This document shows, one piece after another, positions 26,429 to 39,510 of a stretch of DNA of 64,000 bases. The notes under the pieces are model-generated. The model was not told the DNA's origin, ran no database searches, and worked only from the letters and a program-made list of their open reading frames with translations. Position numbers and translations under genes: made by a program. The DNA comes from Balanoglossus misakiensis. Taxonomy: Eukaryota > Animalia > Hemichordata. Each line of letters opens with the position of its first letter. The first letter of the stretch is position 1. The DNA lies in assembly GCA_040954595.2 (NCBI GenBank), contig CM082598.2, positions 5,099,097 to 5,163,096 on the forward strand. Reading direction: 5' to 3'.

Positions 26429-27486
26429 ATACAACACCATCAGCCAACCAAACACAGTTTGGTTTTTAGAACGGTGTTTGTTGTAGTAACAACGCTAACC
26501 ATTCTTCGGGTATTTGCTGATGTTTAGATGGAATAGAACATCGAGGATTTCCTGTAGGAATAGGATTATGCACTGTATATGAATTGTACTGTTCACATAT
26601 TATCATGTTTAATTGGTTTCAATAATATTATTGACAGTCTTGAAGATATGTTAAAAATCAAAAATATAAAATTGTTTATACTTGTGTGTGTATTCACCCT
26701 TATATATTGTAAGCCTTGTTTCTCGTCAATTGACATGAGACATGTATACAATTTTCCAATAAAGTGACTGTGCATGTCAACTTGCATTACCTAACGATGG
26801 CTAAAGACTTGTTTCTACATACAAATCATTTTGGCTGGTATCATCACTTCCGGTTGTATTTTCAAGTCCAGTAGTTGTTTGGATCTCTGCGCCGGAAATG
26901 AAAGTGAATGAATCTATGGGAATATTGCGATTTTTGGCAACTATCCTTAGTTTAGTCTGAAAGTGGAAAGTTTGGGTAGTTTCCCCTTTAAAATTGAGAA
27001 TAAAGGTTAGGAGTCACTGTGGAAAATTTTGAATGAAAGAGCAAAATTGTCTCAAATTAAAAATGGCCGCCAATCTCTATGTTAACTGTGGGTAAAACTT
27101 AAACCAGCGATTTTGACAAAAACAAGACAGTGAACACTGTGTTGTTCTTTGTATTCAAAAAGGCTCCCCACTCTCTATAATGTAACAAAGAATAATATTG
27201 ATATTTTTGAAGGTCCGTAATTTTTCTGAAAATCTGTTCCCGAAGCACATTTAACATCACAGTTAATGGTCGCGGAAACATGAACTGTAGGCAGTCTTTC
27301 TTAATTTTCCATCGATATACATGTACGTTACCATGACTCCTATTGCGTCGATAGATCCCCTTGGGCAAGATGTGAGAAATCTTTGATACAATAGCAGTCA
27401 CACTTCTGTCTACTCTCAATCAGTCGCTACACAAGAACAGCTAATTGAGAATCGTTGTGATATATGAGTGACAATATAGGGCAGAC

Positions 27487-30030
27487 ATGAGCAGTATCGT
27501 GTCCGAGGATCTCTTGGTTTTTGGCGGGGAAAATTTCCGCCGTCAAATCGAAACGAAACTGGTTGAAGACAATGTGACTGTGCCTCAACCAGGTTATGTA
27601 CACAATCCTTTGCTGTTCTCCGGAGGATGTGAGGATCCGGCCGCGGCGGCCGAGTGCCAAGACTCCGGTCATTCCGCGCCTGTCTCCCGCAGAGACAAGG
27701 GAGAAGCCAAGACGGCGTGCTTATCTAACCTCAACCACATGGGCGAAGAAGCAGAGAGACGCGAGTTGGGTCGTGCGAACGGAACAGCAGGCAACTGCAC
27801 CGAAATTGTTGAGGCTCCTGGCGCTGGCCCGGGCGTGACAGACATCGATATCTGCCTGGAAATGGGCTCTCCGAGAGAAACAAGCCAACCGGAAGCGCCG
27901 AGTAAAGAGGTATAGTGTACAATATATATTTAAAAGTATGTTCTATCACAGGGATATGCCCACTTCTCTGTCTGTCAGTCAATCAGTCTGTCTGTCTGTC
28001 TGTCTGTCTGTATGTATGTATGTATGTATGTATGTATGTATGTATGTATGTATGTATGTATGTATGTATGTATGTATGTATGTATGTATGTATGTATGTA
28101 TGTATGTATGTATGTATGTATGTATGTATGTATGTATGTATGTATGTATGTATGTATGTATGTATGTATGTATGTATGTATGTATGTATGTATGTATGTA
28201 TGTATGTATGTATGTATGTATGTATGTATGTATGTATGTATGTATGTATGTGTGTATGTATGTATGTATGCATGCTAGTCCATCACGTCTCTCCCACATT
28301 ATTGCAACCTTGAAATCCTTCGTGGATGATAAACTTACCGTGCATTGTCATTTGTATAATTGTATACACCTTAGGTTTCCTTATCAGAGGTCTGCCATGA
28401 AAACAAACTTTGTCGGATATGCCAAGACGGGGAGAGGACAGACCAACTGGTGCAGCCTTGTCTGTGCACTGGAAGCATTGCATTTGTCCACGTCACCTGT
28501 TTACAAACATGGCTCAGTGCGTCCGAGTTCATGAAGTGCGAAATCTGCAACTTTAAGTATAAAATCAGGAGTGGCAGGGACTCTGTGGTAAGTGTGTGCT
28601 AAAGCCCCCACATCTGTAACTTTTGTATGGTTTTCAATATACACGCTGTGTGTTAACCATGGTTTCTTATTCGGTTCCCTAAATATATTGTATTTATCCT
28701 CATAATATAGTCCATCTGGGCAAAATTGGCATTTATTTTTCAAATATCAAGAAACGGGATTGAAAATTTCTGCCTTTAAAGGTATACAGTCACCTCCAAT
28801 TTACATACGCCCATATATGGCTGAAATGGAGTATTTGAGCGTTCTAAAGAACATATGGTGGCGCTCTTTTTTTCGCGTGTGCCACCCACTGAAAATCTGT
28901 GATTGGCTAGATCTCAATTTGCCATGGTAACTGTAGCTAATTTTCCATAGGTGACCGTATACCTTTAATTGCAACTGTGCTGACGCCATTTTTATTGAAA
29001 TGTCACGATGGTACTCTTGCTTCAAATACCAACCCACAAATCCCATACATCCATCCATCCATCCATCCATCCATCCATCCATCCATCCATCCATTCCGAT
29101 GATCCATCCAACCATACCCCATCCCACCCTGTTCCATTCAAAGTACACACTCGCTTTATTGACGTGTATTTATTTCTTTCTGTTGACAGGAAGGTTCCCT
29201 GTGTTCTAGGCGATTCAGCAGGAGTAGAAACAAGTTTTTAGTTGGTTTGGCAATACTTTTAATCACCGTCGCCTACACTTATTCAATTTTGAAAATTGCC
29301 ATGACCTTTACCGATCTCAAAGGTAAGCTGAACCTTATCCTCACTGTTTGTAAAACAAAGCATTTATGTTGGATTGTGTAAAATTTATGTCGACTTTATT
29401 GACTCATATCTGTTACCACATATTCTTCAACCGCGAGGCCACAAAAAAACCATGACACCCATCCCCTCACTTCAAACAATTTCAAAGACTTTGAATTATC
29501 TATCTCGACTTAGTATAGATAGATACATAGATATATACATAGATATATACATAGACACATAGATACATAGATACATACATAGATACATACATAGATACAT
29601 ACATAGATACATACATAGATACATACATAGATACATACATAGATACATAGATACATACATACATACATACATACATACATACATACATACATACATACAT
29701 ACATACATACATACATACATACATACATACATACATACATACATACATACATACATACATACATTCATACATACATACATACATTAATATAACTAATAAT
29801 TCAATTTTCTTATTTCAGTCGAGATTTGTGCATCAATCGTAACAACAGTGACTTATAGCGTCCTGTGTTTTATAGTTTGGAAACTGCAGTATATGTCCTG
29901 CAACATGCGAGTGACCATCTTACTTCGCGATCCCAAACTGCCACAGATTGACGTTCAGCAAACTTCCATCGTCGAGGAATACTCGTCCATCGGTATACGT
30001 GAGCGACTGAGCGAAGTCGGTCTGTTCTAG
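27487..30030 (+). CDS. MARCH-family RING-CH E3 ubiquitin ligase with two TM helices, 4 exons (27487-27909, 28375-28587, 29190-29322, 29819-30030), 326 aa
   Basis: Exon 2 (frame not in the ORF track) encodes [46 protein letters not shown], a C4HC3 RING. TM1 [19 protein letters not shown] and TM2 [19 protein letters not shown]. Phases 0, 0, 1. Confidence 0.85.
27986..28270. repeat. (TCTG)n(TATG)n microsatellite
   Basis: Direct reading. Confidence 0.97.
28780..28964 (-). mobile_element. AGGTATAC TTAA MITE, copy 2 (inverted)
   Basis: TTAA-AGGTATACAGTCACC...GGTGACCGTATACCT-TTAA, the reverse complement of copy 1. Confidence 0.88.
29515..29783. repeat. (TAGATACATACA)n grading into (TACA)n
   Basis: Direct reading. 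Confidence 0.95.
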
Positions 30031-30419
30031 GGACCTCGGCGCTATATCATGATTTGAAGTTTCAGCATTTTTTTTCGTTGTATCCCCATTGACTAAAATT
30101 TATTGTTGTACCCGTAACAGCATGCTGGCGTGCTCGGTCTATTTCTTATCAATATAACCTCTACATATGTAATAATTATTATTGTTGACAAATGAATTTA
30201 AGTTCGGACTTGAATTCAAAATGTTCGGACTTGAATTCAGATTTTTAGCAATAAAAGTGCTGGTTGTACACGTATAACCTGTGTTGAGAAGGGTATAAGG
30301 GTATAGGGTAGGTGTTATCCCGTCCGCGGCTTTGGTTCCATACGAGACACAGCTGCTAGTCAAAGTAGGGGCACAGTGCAACTGCTGTTACAATGGATAT
30401 CATATCATACAATATGGTA

Positions 30420-30570
30420 GTTACATTGTATTACATTGTAGTGTAATGCTACAATGTACATCATTGTAAACATTGTGGTTGTTACTTTGTATTACACTGT
30501 AGTCTAACTGCTACAATGTACATCATTGCAAACAATGTGGTTGTTACTTTGTATTACACTGTACATCATG
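30420..30570 (-). repeat. 62-bp minisatellite family, ~2.5 units, inverted
   Basis: GTTACTTTGTATTACACTGTAG...CTACAATGTACATCATTG units. Confidence 0.85.
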
Positions 30571-32076
30571 GCAAATAATGTTACTTATTATCACATTTCT
30601 AAGTTACTTTGACATAACATGTATTGATGTGCTGGGTGTCCTTCAACAGTGGGAACAATTGTCGATGGTGTACATTATAAACAGAAAAGTCGCACATGCG
30701 TAGTTCACACCCTGGGGTTTTGCTTGCGGTATATGGTCTCAGTAGTACGGTGTAGCTACGTTGTTTAAGTTTCCCTCGAGGGAAAGCGACATCCCCCACG
30801 TTGCTTGAGAAATGGTGATTGACAGTTACACGAAGCCCAGCCAATAGAACCCCATTCCACATGTGTTGTCCGTCGGGAAATAATTAACGTCGTTTGGAAA
30901 ATAGGCAAACGCATGCATGACAAGAATATCTGTTAGAGAACGATAATTTAATAGGTACGATAGATAAAAACACGTTTCGCGAGAAAATAAAATTAATCAT
31001 AAACATGTATAAAATTGCCAATAGCATAGAAAATATTGACTGCGCCCTCGTTAAATATTGACTTCTGCGCCCTTGTTATTCTCTAAGAAAATATCTTACT
31101 TATTTTTTCACAGTTTAATGGGCATCATTGCTGACTTTCGAATTAGTGTTAACCGAAACAAATAAATTGTAACTTTTGACAAAGTAATTCAGTTGTTTGT
31201 ACACGAATCATAGACAGCCACTCTGTCTATTCTTGAACCGATTTGCCGACAGAGTCCACATTTCCGGACTCCTCGACAGCCTGCGAGATCTCGCGTGACT
31301 AGGCAGTTTATATGGCAGGACGTTCTCATGTTATAACAGTACAAATATATGGCAAATCGTGTTAAACAGCACATAGGTTATAGGTTTCGGAAAGCAGACA
31401 ACGAAAATAATAGCATGCATCACCCACCATTGACGAAATGTCGCGACTGGGTCTCTCAAGAACCCTAACAATCTTGACTGTCGCTCGCAAAGTGTAAATG
31501 AATGGCTCGTGCCATGCAATACTAATTATGAACTATGTAAAGGCAATGGTATATTGGACAACAGTCCAATGAACTCTTTCGTCATATATGGTTAAACACA
31601 CCTGGTAATATGACAAGGTTCCGTGTGACGAGATTTTATCCCATCCCAAATCACCTAAAACATTATGTTCTACCTTAGATTATTATTGTCCACCGCTCTC
31701 GTGTGGATGTGGATGTTTATATATTGGTATACCGGTTACCCCGTAATCCTTAGGGAATGTTAGGAGAGGCTGCTATATGCAAATCTTCATAACAGCTTTA
31801 CGTATTAACTTCGCCCCTAAAGTATTTATACGTCTCCGAATTATTGTTTCTTTTATACTCGTAAATATAAATTCATGTTGGATGCATAATAGTCACGTGA
31901 CATAAAATCAACATGGTCGACTTAATCAGGCATCAACGAACCCGAATATTAAATTAAGGTTGAGAAATGTTCAATCGAAATAACAGGGCCAACCATTTGG
32001 TTGAGTCGCTGAAATCTATGATCCCAAATGCAGAATGCAGTATTCCAAACAATGTTCCAGTAGCCTCCGGACATCA

Positions 32077-35000
32077 TCATACGTCGATTATCCCACCGGG
32101 AAAGACAGCAAAAATAACCAGGTACAATAAAACGACAAGTCCAACAAGCGTGGCGAATGTAGCATTTCTCCATCGCTGAAATGCAAAAAAAAAATGGCCG
32201 TTAGAAAGGTCTCTGTAAATGTGGTCTTGAAGTCCAAATGAAAGCTCTCACGAACGAATGCTTCCCCTGCTTGGACGTTAAGGGGGAAATAAGACAAATA
32301 GAGTCATCAAATTTTTACCTTGTTTCTTCTAAACTCTTCAAGGAACGCCCTCACTCTTTCTGAGTATGGGATATAGGTGAAGTTTGTGTGGCACACTTCA
32401 CACTGCGTGTTTCTTGAGAAGTGTATCCATTTCTTGAGACACTTGGAGTGAACATAGGCAGCTGAACCCGAGCAGTTGCACGGTTTGATCATTCGATTTC
32501 CCGCCGATTGATCCAGCTCGTAGCAGAACCGGCAGAGGTCTTGAGCACTGTCTCGAACCGACAGCGACTTGGATGTCGTTCCTGATATGTCGCTGGAGTT
32601 GGCTGACCACCGTGTGCCCCGCGTCGATGTCTCCTGTATCGGGGAAATGTCAAAGTGGGACGAGAAGGTGTCGCCATGTTCCTTTGGCATGGCCTGCGCA
32701 GCGCCCTCTACACTCGAATGTTCACTGTCGTCGTACGTTATCGACACATGCTCGTCGTCATTCAAATCACGCGAGAAATCGCGAGAGAGCCGCGGAGGTG
32801 ACGATACTCTGACTGTTTCTGTATATCCCGGATATCTCACGCTCACTTCCGGTGTCCCGGACGACCCCACGCCACCCCTTGCTGATTCCAAGCCAACCAA
32901 ACGCACGTCAACTTGTTCCATGTCGCGTGACTTTTCTGAGACTATTTCTGTAACATCCGTATCGCAGTCTAGTGCCTCTGATGATTCTTCGCACACATTC
33001 ATTGAGGTGTGTCCACAAACGAGGTCTCTGCCATACGGTAAACCCCTAGCATGTTTCAACCTGGAATAAAACATGCAAGATTGAGCGCGCGTTATAAGCC
33101 ATCCAAAAATTGCCAAATCAAAGGCCATTTTAATGACCCCTACACGACCCATCCGTTGTCATGAATCAATCAGTCTGATGTAAATCACTCACTGATTTAC
33201 CAATCTGATTCTTTTTCAAGCAATATTTTACACATTTCTTGTTCCAAAATTGAATTTTGACAACTCCATACAACCGGAAGTGCAAGGATGTAAGGTCGTA
33301 TGGGGGTCATGGAAGTGACATATGTGCATAGGCACACACAGTACACATTACATCATACGACTATTATATAGTCAAGCAATCGTATTTAATTCAAATATAC
33401 ACTATTTGTGTTATGATCTGAGCATTACACTGGATATAAGTGCATGCTGTGAGTCACAGAATAAAACATATCCTTATATGGTGGCGGTCAACCTTGAACC
33501 GGAAGTATTTACCTGAGTGTCATGCGCATTCGGAACAGTTCCATGTTGCTGTAAATTTCGTTTCCTGGTGGCACTCGGGTTGAAAGACCTTCCAATGCCT
33601 TTTATGTAAAAAACAAAAACAAATTTGAAAGCCAATAGCATAAACGAAGTCTGTGATGCCCTCCGAAATGTATAATTAGTCGCTGATGAGATAGGAATGG
33701 AAGGTCACCCCCCCCCTCCGACCCAAATAAGGTAGTCTCTTACCAACAAAATAATGTTGATGGCGTCTGGGTTGGTCTCACCGATAGCAAGGTCTGGGCT
33801 GTCGCAGAATTCGGTTAGTTCCTCGTCAGTGAGGCTGTTCAGGAGTTCACGTGTTCTGTCCTGTGACAACAGTAACGAATACTTAAGGTTAAAGCAAGGT
33901 AAAGGTAACGTTTTAAGACAGGGACTGATTGTTTCCAAATATAGCAATTTGTCTAAAACTATTTATATTTCTCTATATATAAACTGCTGAACAATTATAT
34001 ACTGCGAGTCTACTGACTTCGCTATGCCAATGGGCAACTCATATATATTTCAAAACACGATGTCAACTGAAAAGATTATCTACAATGAGCAGATAATTAA
34101 ATTTCAATCTGTAGTACAAACTATGATAAATTATTATGATAAATTTTTGGGAGTTCACCCATTAGTAAACCGGTTTCTGTTTATCTGCTAAATTATCTGT
34201 CGAATGCATGAACTTCCCCATAGAAATTGACATACTTACTAAAACCATAATAAAGTATTTTTCAACTGTCTTCCTGGTCAAGAGTTCGTAACACTGCCCA
34301 AAGGGTCTGTGGGTTTAGAGAGAGATTGGGGGTTAGTCACGGACTGCAGGTTTGAATATGAGTGTATACATATGCAGATAATACTGCATGCTGCCTTCGT
34401 GTAGAGGGGGGGGGGGCTTACCTTAACAAGGCAGCAGCAAGGGGAATAGACGGCATTGACTTCTTAAATTTCTCGAGGACCAGTTTAAAACCTCCAAGTT
34501 GACCAAAATAGTTAATAATGTCGACTAATATACCCTGCAAGCGAAAAAAAATCTATGTCACGAGACTGAATATTAGGTGTTTACAACCATTTTCAAGGAA
34601 TGTGAGATGTTTCGACCAAGAGGTGTTTCGAAAATAGTAAGCCGATCCTGCCAATCATGTGGTACCCTCATTATATAATACATTATATTTTAGTTACGTC
34701 CTACAAAGACTTTTGTTATTGTACCTTTCCCGTTAAATAATAGAGTATATCAATGTAATGTTAATTGGTTAAAAGAAATAAAAACTAACCAGTGGTTTAC
34801 CAATGTCTTCTGACTCTGCAAAGATAGTTGAGTCTTGATTCTGCAAAAAAAGCGAAATCATATTTAGGATATTTTTAAATGTTTGTGATACAACAAAAAA
34901 CCAACAATATATCACAGCACAAGCTTACACTGCTTTCACGGTTTAAAAGATAAAACTATTTTGTGTAAAAATACACCAACTGAAGGGATGTGTAGGACTC

Positions 35001-37495
35001 TTGTGGCAGCCAGGGACAAGGTATACGAGATGGTTTAATATTCAAAGTCTTTTCATTTGTACACTAAATTTCATGTAGTTTTTTTTTCTGGCCTATGTGT
35101 ATAAACATCCATACAGACGTATTCTCTGAATGTTTGAGGATGGGATCTTCGTTTCGTCGTACATGTACTTATCATTAATTTTCTCATTAAATTTGGTGTT
35201 TTTCGCCCCACATGTATCGTTTCTGTTAGCTCTACATTTGAATACAAAATGGCGTTGATAACAACTTCAGTTTGGTAAAACGTTAGCCACGAGACAAATG
35301 GACAAAGAAAAGGCAAGTCTGGAATACTTACGGAGGGACCAGGAGCTACGTCATTTTCGTGATGCGTGTAGAATCTGTGAAAGAGAAATTTGTGTTTGTC
35401 AATGTTAGTAATATGGGAAACCATCAAGCATCGCCAGAATTGTCTTGCACAATTCCATATCGGGTATGCATGGTTTTAAATCGATTATCACAGTTCTATC
35501 GTGATGCAAATCACCCCTACAACCATTAATTGATGTCAAAATGATGGTTATGCCAAAATAAAATGATTAGTCTTCAAAATATTTGGGAAAATATGAAAAA
35601 TGGGGTGAATGTGCACATTTTAGCATTCGTAATGCATTGTTCGTATGTCTTGGCCACACGTGCTTGTTGGTAAGCAGGGCTGTTAAAAGCCAGGGTCTAA
35701 ATAGGCGACAGTGTGGACACAGCTGGAAGAAGTACGGACAAATTAAAACGAGTTGTGTTTGTGATTACAAATTTGGCCAACTGCGCTTTTCTCGGAAATT
35801 TATTTCCACTCGGTTGAATATGCCTCCGTCTGCCTTAAGGGCTTCCTGGCGCATCACACGAAACTCCTAATAATGACTTCCTTTATCAATCTACACAATT
35901 GAGGCATCAAGAGACTGGAAGGCAGAGAACTTCCCTGGCGGGCAGGAGACATGCGCAGTTCGTAGCCCCCTCAAGGCGGCAGAATATTTGCCGGTTAGTG
36001 ACCGACAAGCAGAAAGACAATCAGGTAAGCCGGGTGGCGGGAAAATGATGTGACATTTGCGCGAGCGAAGATCAGTAAGAGTCATTCTATAGGCAACACC
36101 ACAAACGTGGCAACACATACCACGGGCAGTGACGTCATACCTTGAAAGTGGGTCAAACGTGATCGCCAACAAATTCAGAAGTGGCAAGCTATCGTCGGGC
36201 AACTTTATGACGATGAGTTGCAGTAGCTGCTTTATTCTCTCAACTACAGCCTCCTATAAAAGGAAGAAAAACGGAATTTATTATGTTCAATTGTGTAACC
36301 AATACCTCAGGTGGCACAGGTTTTTGTTCCTTCCCTGAAAGGTATATATACGGTCACCTATGCAAATTTAGACACAGTTACCATGGTAAACTTGAGATCT
36401 AGCCAATCACAGATTTTCAGTGAGTGGCACACGCGAAAAAAGAGTGCCACCATATGCTCTTTAGAACACTCAAATACACCATTTCAGCCATACATGGGCG
36501 TATGTAAATTGAAGGTGACTGTATACCTTTAAGCTTAGGAAAAACATTCAGTTGTTCATCTGCAGCACAGCCACGTGAACGAATCACGTGATCACAATTT
36601 TACACATCAACGCAGGATGGTCTGTAAACGACCAGCTAATTCCATATTTCTGAGCCAAAAATAACCCAGGGGAAATTTATAACGCATGCTAATTGTGACG
36701 TCATTGCGTACACATATGAGAGTTCGAACGCTCGCAAACGATTAAGTTAGTTGTTTGAAATGATGCGGTGGGGACAAAATTTCGCTAGTATACATTTTTG
36801 CCTGGGCGTTCTTTTGCGGAGATTGAGGTACAATTGGTCGGGGCCAGGTTCAGAGACCTATTGATTCCATGCCGTGGGTCTTAATCTTGTGTAGTGAGCA
36901 AGCGCCCGCACACGACTGTTCAAAAAGCGGAATACGATTGTGCCCTACAATATTACCCGAATACTTGCATCAGGCAATCTGTTTTCTTTCTTGATCAAAT
37001 CGTAGTCATCGTGAATCCACTTAAAGATGCGTGTGAGTGTCTTCTCTATGAAAATCTTCGTCATTTCGCTGTGCCTATCCATACCTGCAATAAAAAGGCA
37101 AATGGGCTTACATCACAAGTCCTTAACCCAACTCCTAGAATATGACACACTTCTAAAACTCAAGGGGCGATATACTCATTGCTGCACTTATGGTGAATGA
37201 GCAAGAGGAGTGTGAGTCGTGCTTGCCGAGCGTATCCGTTTTTTTTTCTCGGCCATTTATTTTACTTCGTCGCTCACAATATCACACTAACAATGTGAAC
37301 ACGGCCTAACCTACCTGTTTTACAGAGTGCAATGGTGATGATAAAGAGAAGATCGACCTCTCCCCCAGAATTCAAGATGGCCGACATTTTAGACGTGCTG
37401 CCTTCAGCACATGCGCTGTTGATGACGTTCAGCATGTCTTCTGGAATCTTGGGCGAGGTGTCTTCTTTTTCTTCCCCTGTTGCGGCTGCCTCCAT
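32077..37495 (-). CDS. Chimeric protein: USP9X/FAF-like N-terminal domain + Ser/acidic linker + RING-CH E3 domain + single C-terminal TM. 11 exons (37495-37315, 37084-36957, 36253-36141, 35374-35332, 34840-34790, 34534-34422, 34306-34240, 33860-33744, 33598-33513, 33060-32319, 32175-32077), 579 aa
   Basis: All introns are GT-AG, with phases 1, 0, 2, 0, 0, 2, 0, 0, 2, 0 and a total of 1740 nt without internal stops. USP9X-like peptides KLPDDSLPLLNLLAITFDP, GILVDIINYFGQLGGF, LRPFGQCYELLTRKTVEKYF, LNSLTDEEL and NMELFRMRMTLR. RING-CH CRFC...KPCNCSGSAAYVHSKCLKKW...CEVC. TM FATLVGLVVLLYLVIFAVF. Confidence 0.82.
36340..36528 (+). mobile_element. AGGTATAC TTAA MITE, copy 3, in intron 2 of the chimeric gene
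   Basis: TGAA-AGGTATATATACGGTCACC...GGTGACTGTATACCT-TTAA. Confidence 0.85.
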
Positions 37496-37734
37496 GGTGA
37501 TAAGAAAGCGTGAACTTGAGTTAGCAGTCAGCGGCGAATGACTGTCTCGATCTACTGGGGATGTTTAGTAACCACTGCCAAGGTTTCGTGGTCCCTGGTC
37601 GTCATGGTTACCGCTATGGACGCGTGGCTGTAATATAGTAAAAAGGAGGGAAAATGACGTAAATGGATAGGATTTGGATGCTTTCAGGAATTGTAATTTT
37701 CTGCCAACTATAGCATGGGGGACTGCAAGAAAAG

Positions 37735-37747
37735 TGCTGACTCAGCA
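37735..37747. promoter_or_regulatory. Perfect 13-bp Maf recognition element (T-MARE) ~240 bp upstream of the chimeric gene ATG
   Basis: TGCTGACTCAGCA with AT-rich flanks (AAAG..., ...TTTT). Confidence 0.4.
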
Positions 37748-39510
37748 TTTTCGACCCCTAACTGGAGAATCAGGATAGGAACACCCATTTCTCTTTATTT
37801 TTGTATTTAAAATTCATTGTTATACAATATATAAAATCGGGAAAAAGACAACATTTTCAATTTAGAGTACATGGGACATTTCATATGTTATCGACTGCCG
37901 TTTAACCTCTCAACAGTACTGTTTTCTGATCACGGTTCCGCCGCTGGTGGCGTCTACTCAAGTATCTGTGCAGTGCCATTCTCGGCCTCAGTGACTATAT
38001 TCCGTCAAACTCTTTCGCGTATACCCTCTCAATTTGTTCATCTCTGTTTGTTTGTCTGTCTGTTTCTCTCACTCTCTCTCTCTCACTCCATCTCTCTCTC
38101 TCTCTCTCTTTCTCATGAATGTCACGAAGGTCAACTTCAGTTAGTGTTAGCAGAAGACCCACGCATGTGCGCTGATCTCCAATTGGAAAAAACTAAACCA
38201 AATCACACAGAATGATATCCACCCGTTCTAACAGAAATTGATAAATCGGGATTAATCTTCACTCATCGCTTGAGAGCAGCCTACTGCAAATTTTCCTAGA
38301 TCTGTTACGTGACAATCATTCATATGAGGCTCCTAAACTATGGTGAATAATCACATTCCAAGATATTGTATGTAAAACTCAAGGATTACTTCAGATGGCT
38401 GCTAAAAATTGCCAGCATTGGCAAGCGAACAAGTTGGTTCGTCCTTGTCCTGCATAGGAGACTAATTTGGTGACAATGTCATCGTGTTGTGATAATATTT
38501 GGATGGGTTGATTCTAAATTTAAATTGGACACGCTATGGACTATCTTCTTAATCAGTAGCACGTCAGGTTTGGCTACACACTTCCGCCTGGTGTCCAAAG
38601 TCGTTTCAATTAACCTCCAAAGTCACATACGCGCGCATCCACGTCGAGTAACCATGCATATGCATGCGCCCTGTTTGTCTCTGCAGAGCCGTGGGAGTAG
38701 GAAATTTAGACCACCACTTCTACTGGCCGCATTTACATATACATGTACGTTCAAATGCTCACAACAACGTACTTTTGTTAACACGTCTGCCATAGCAGGC
38801 CTATTGTTAAATTCTTTCCAGTGGCAAACAAATCAGACCGATGCTAAGTTGGGCAGCTCGTACATACTAGTAAACAAGTCTGTGCATAGCCTACAGTGCC
38901 TTCACTTTTCTCACAACAGACCGCAGTTGTTTTGTTGTTATTCTAAAACGACTGTTTCGCGATAATTATGTAGCAATGTACCACAAGCTTAATATATTTG
39001 CTAACTGTTCTGTGCGAGGTAGATGACCTGTTACAAGCCTTAATTACATCACAAATATGTCTGTACCTAATAACACGCTGAACGACCTCGACAGACAGCG
39101 GAGGCCTGGACAGTCCACGCCCTCTCCATGATCCACACAGGTGTTGGCGAACCAGCCATGCCCCCCCCCCTACGTGGGTTTGTTTTGAAATTGACATAAG
39201 GTCCCCAGCGCGCCCTGGATGCGCGCGGGCAGGAAATCGGTGCTTTAAACCTATACGGATGGATAACCCATTGAGATAACTAGTGAACGTGATGTCTTAC
39301 CGTTGTAGATAGATTCCATTTTTTTTTCGCCGTCGGTCGTTGTCAATGTAAAGCGTCTATAATGTGTGATCAGATAAAAAAATACATTAAAATGTGGCTA
39401 GGCGTGGCGCGATCATGGTGGAATTTGGTTTCCCTTTGAGGCCCGTTGTCTTTCAGTGGTGCAATACGCAGTCTATGCTGTACCAATGCATAGACTGGTA
39501 TGGCTATTAA

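Noticed and set aside
33061-33152. ORF-track start MGRVGVIK for the RING-CH ORF
   Set aside because: This segment lies upstream of a good acceptor at 33061 and is best read as intron.
33513-37495. A full-length USP9X/FAF gene
   Set aside because: No Cys-box or His-box exons are visible downstream. Homology stops at 33513 and the next in-phase exon is the RING-CH exon.
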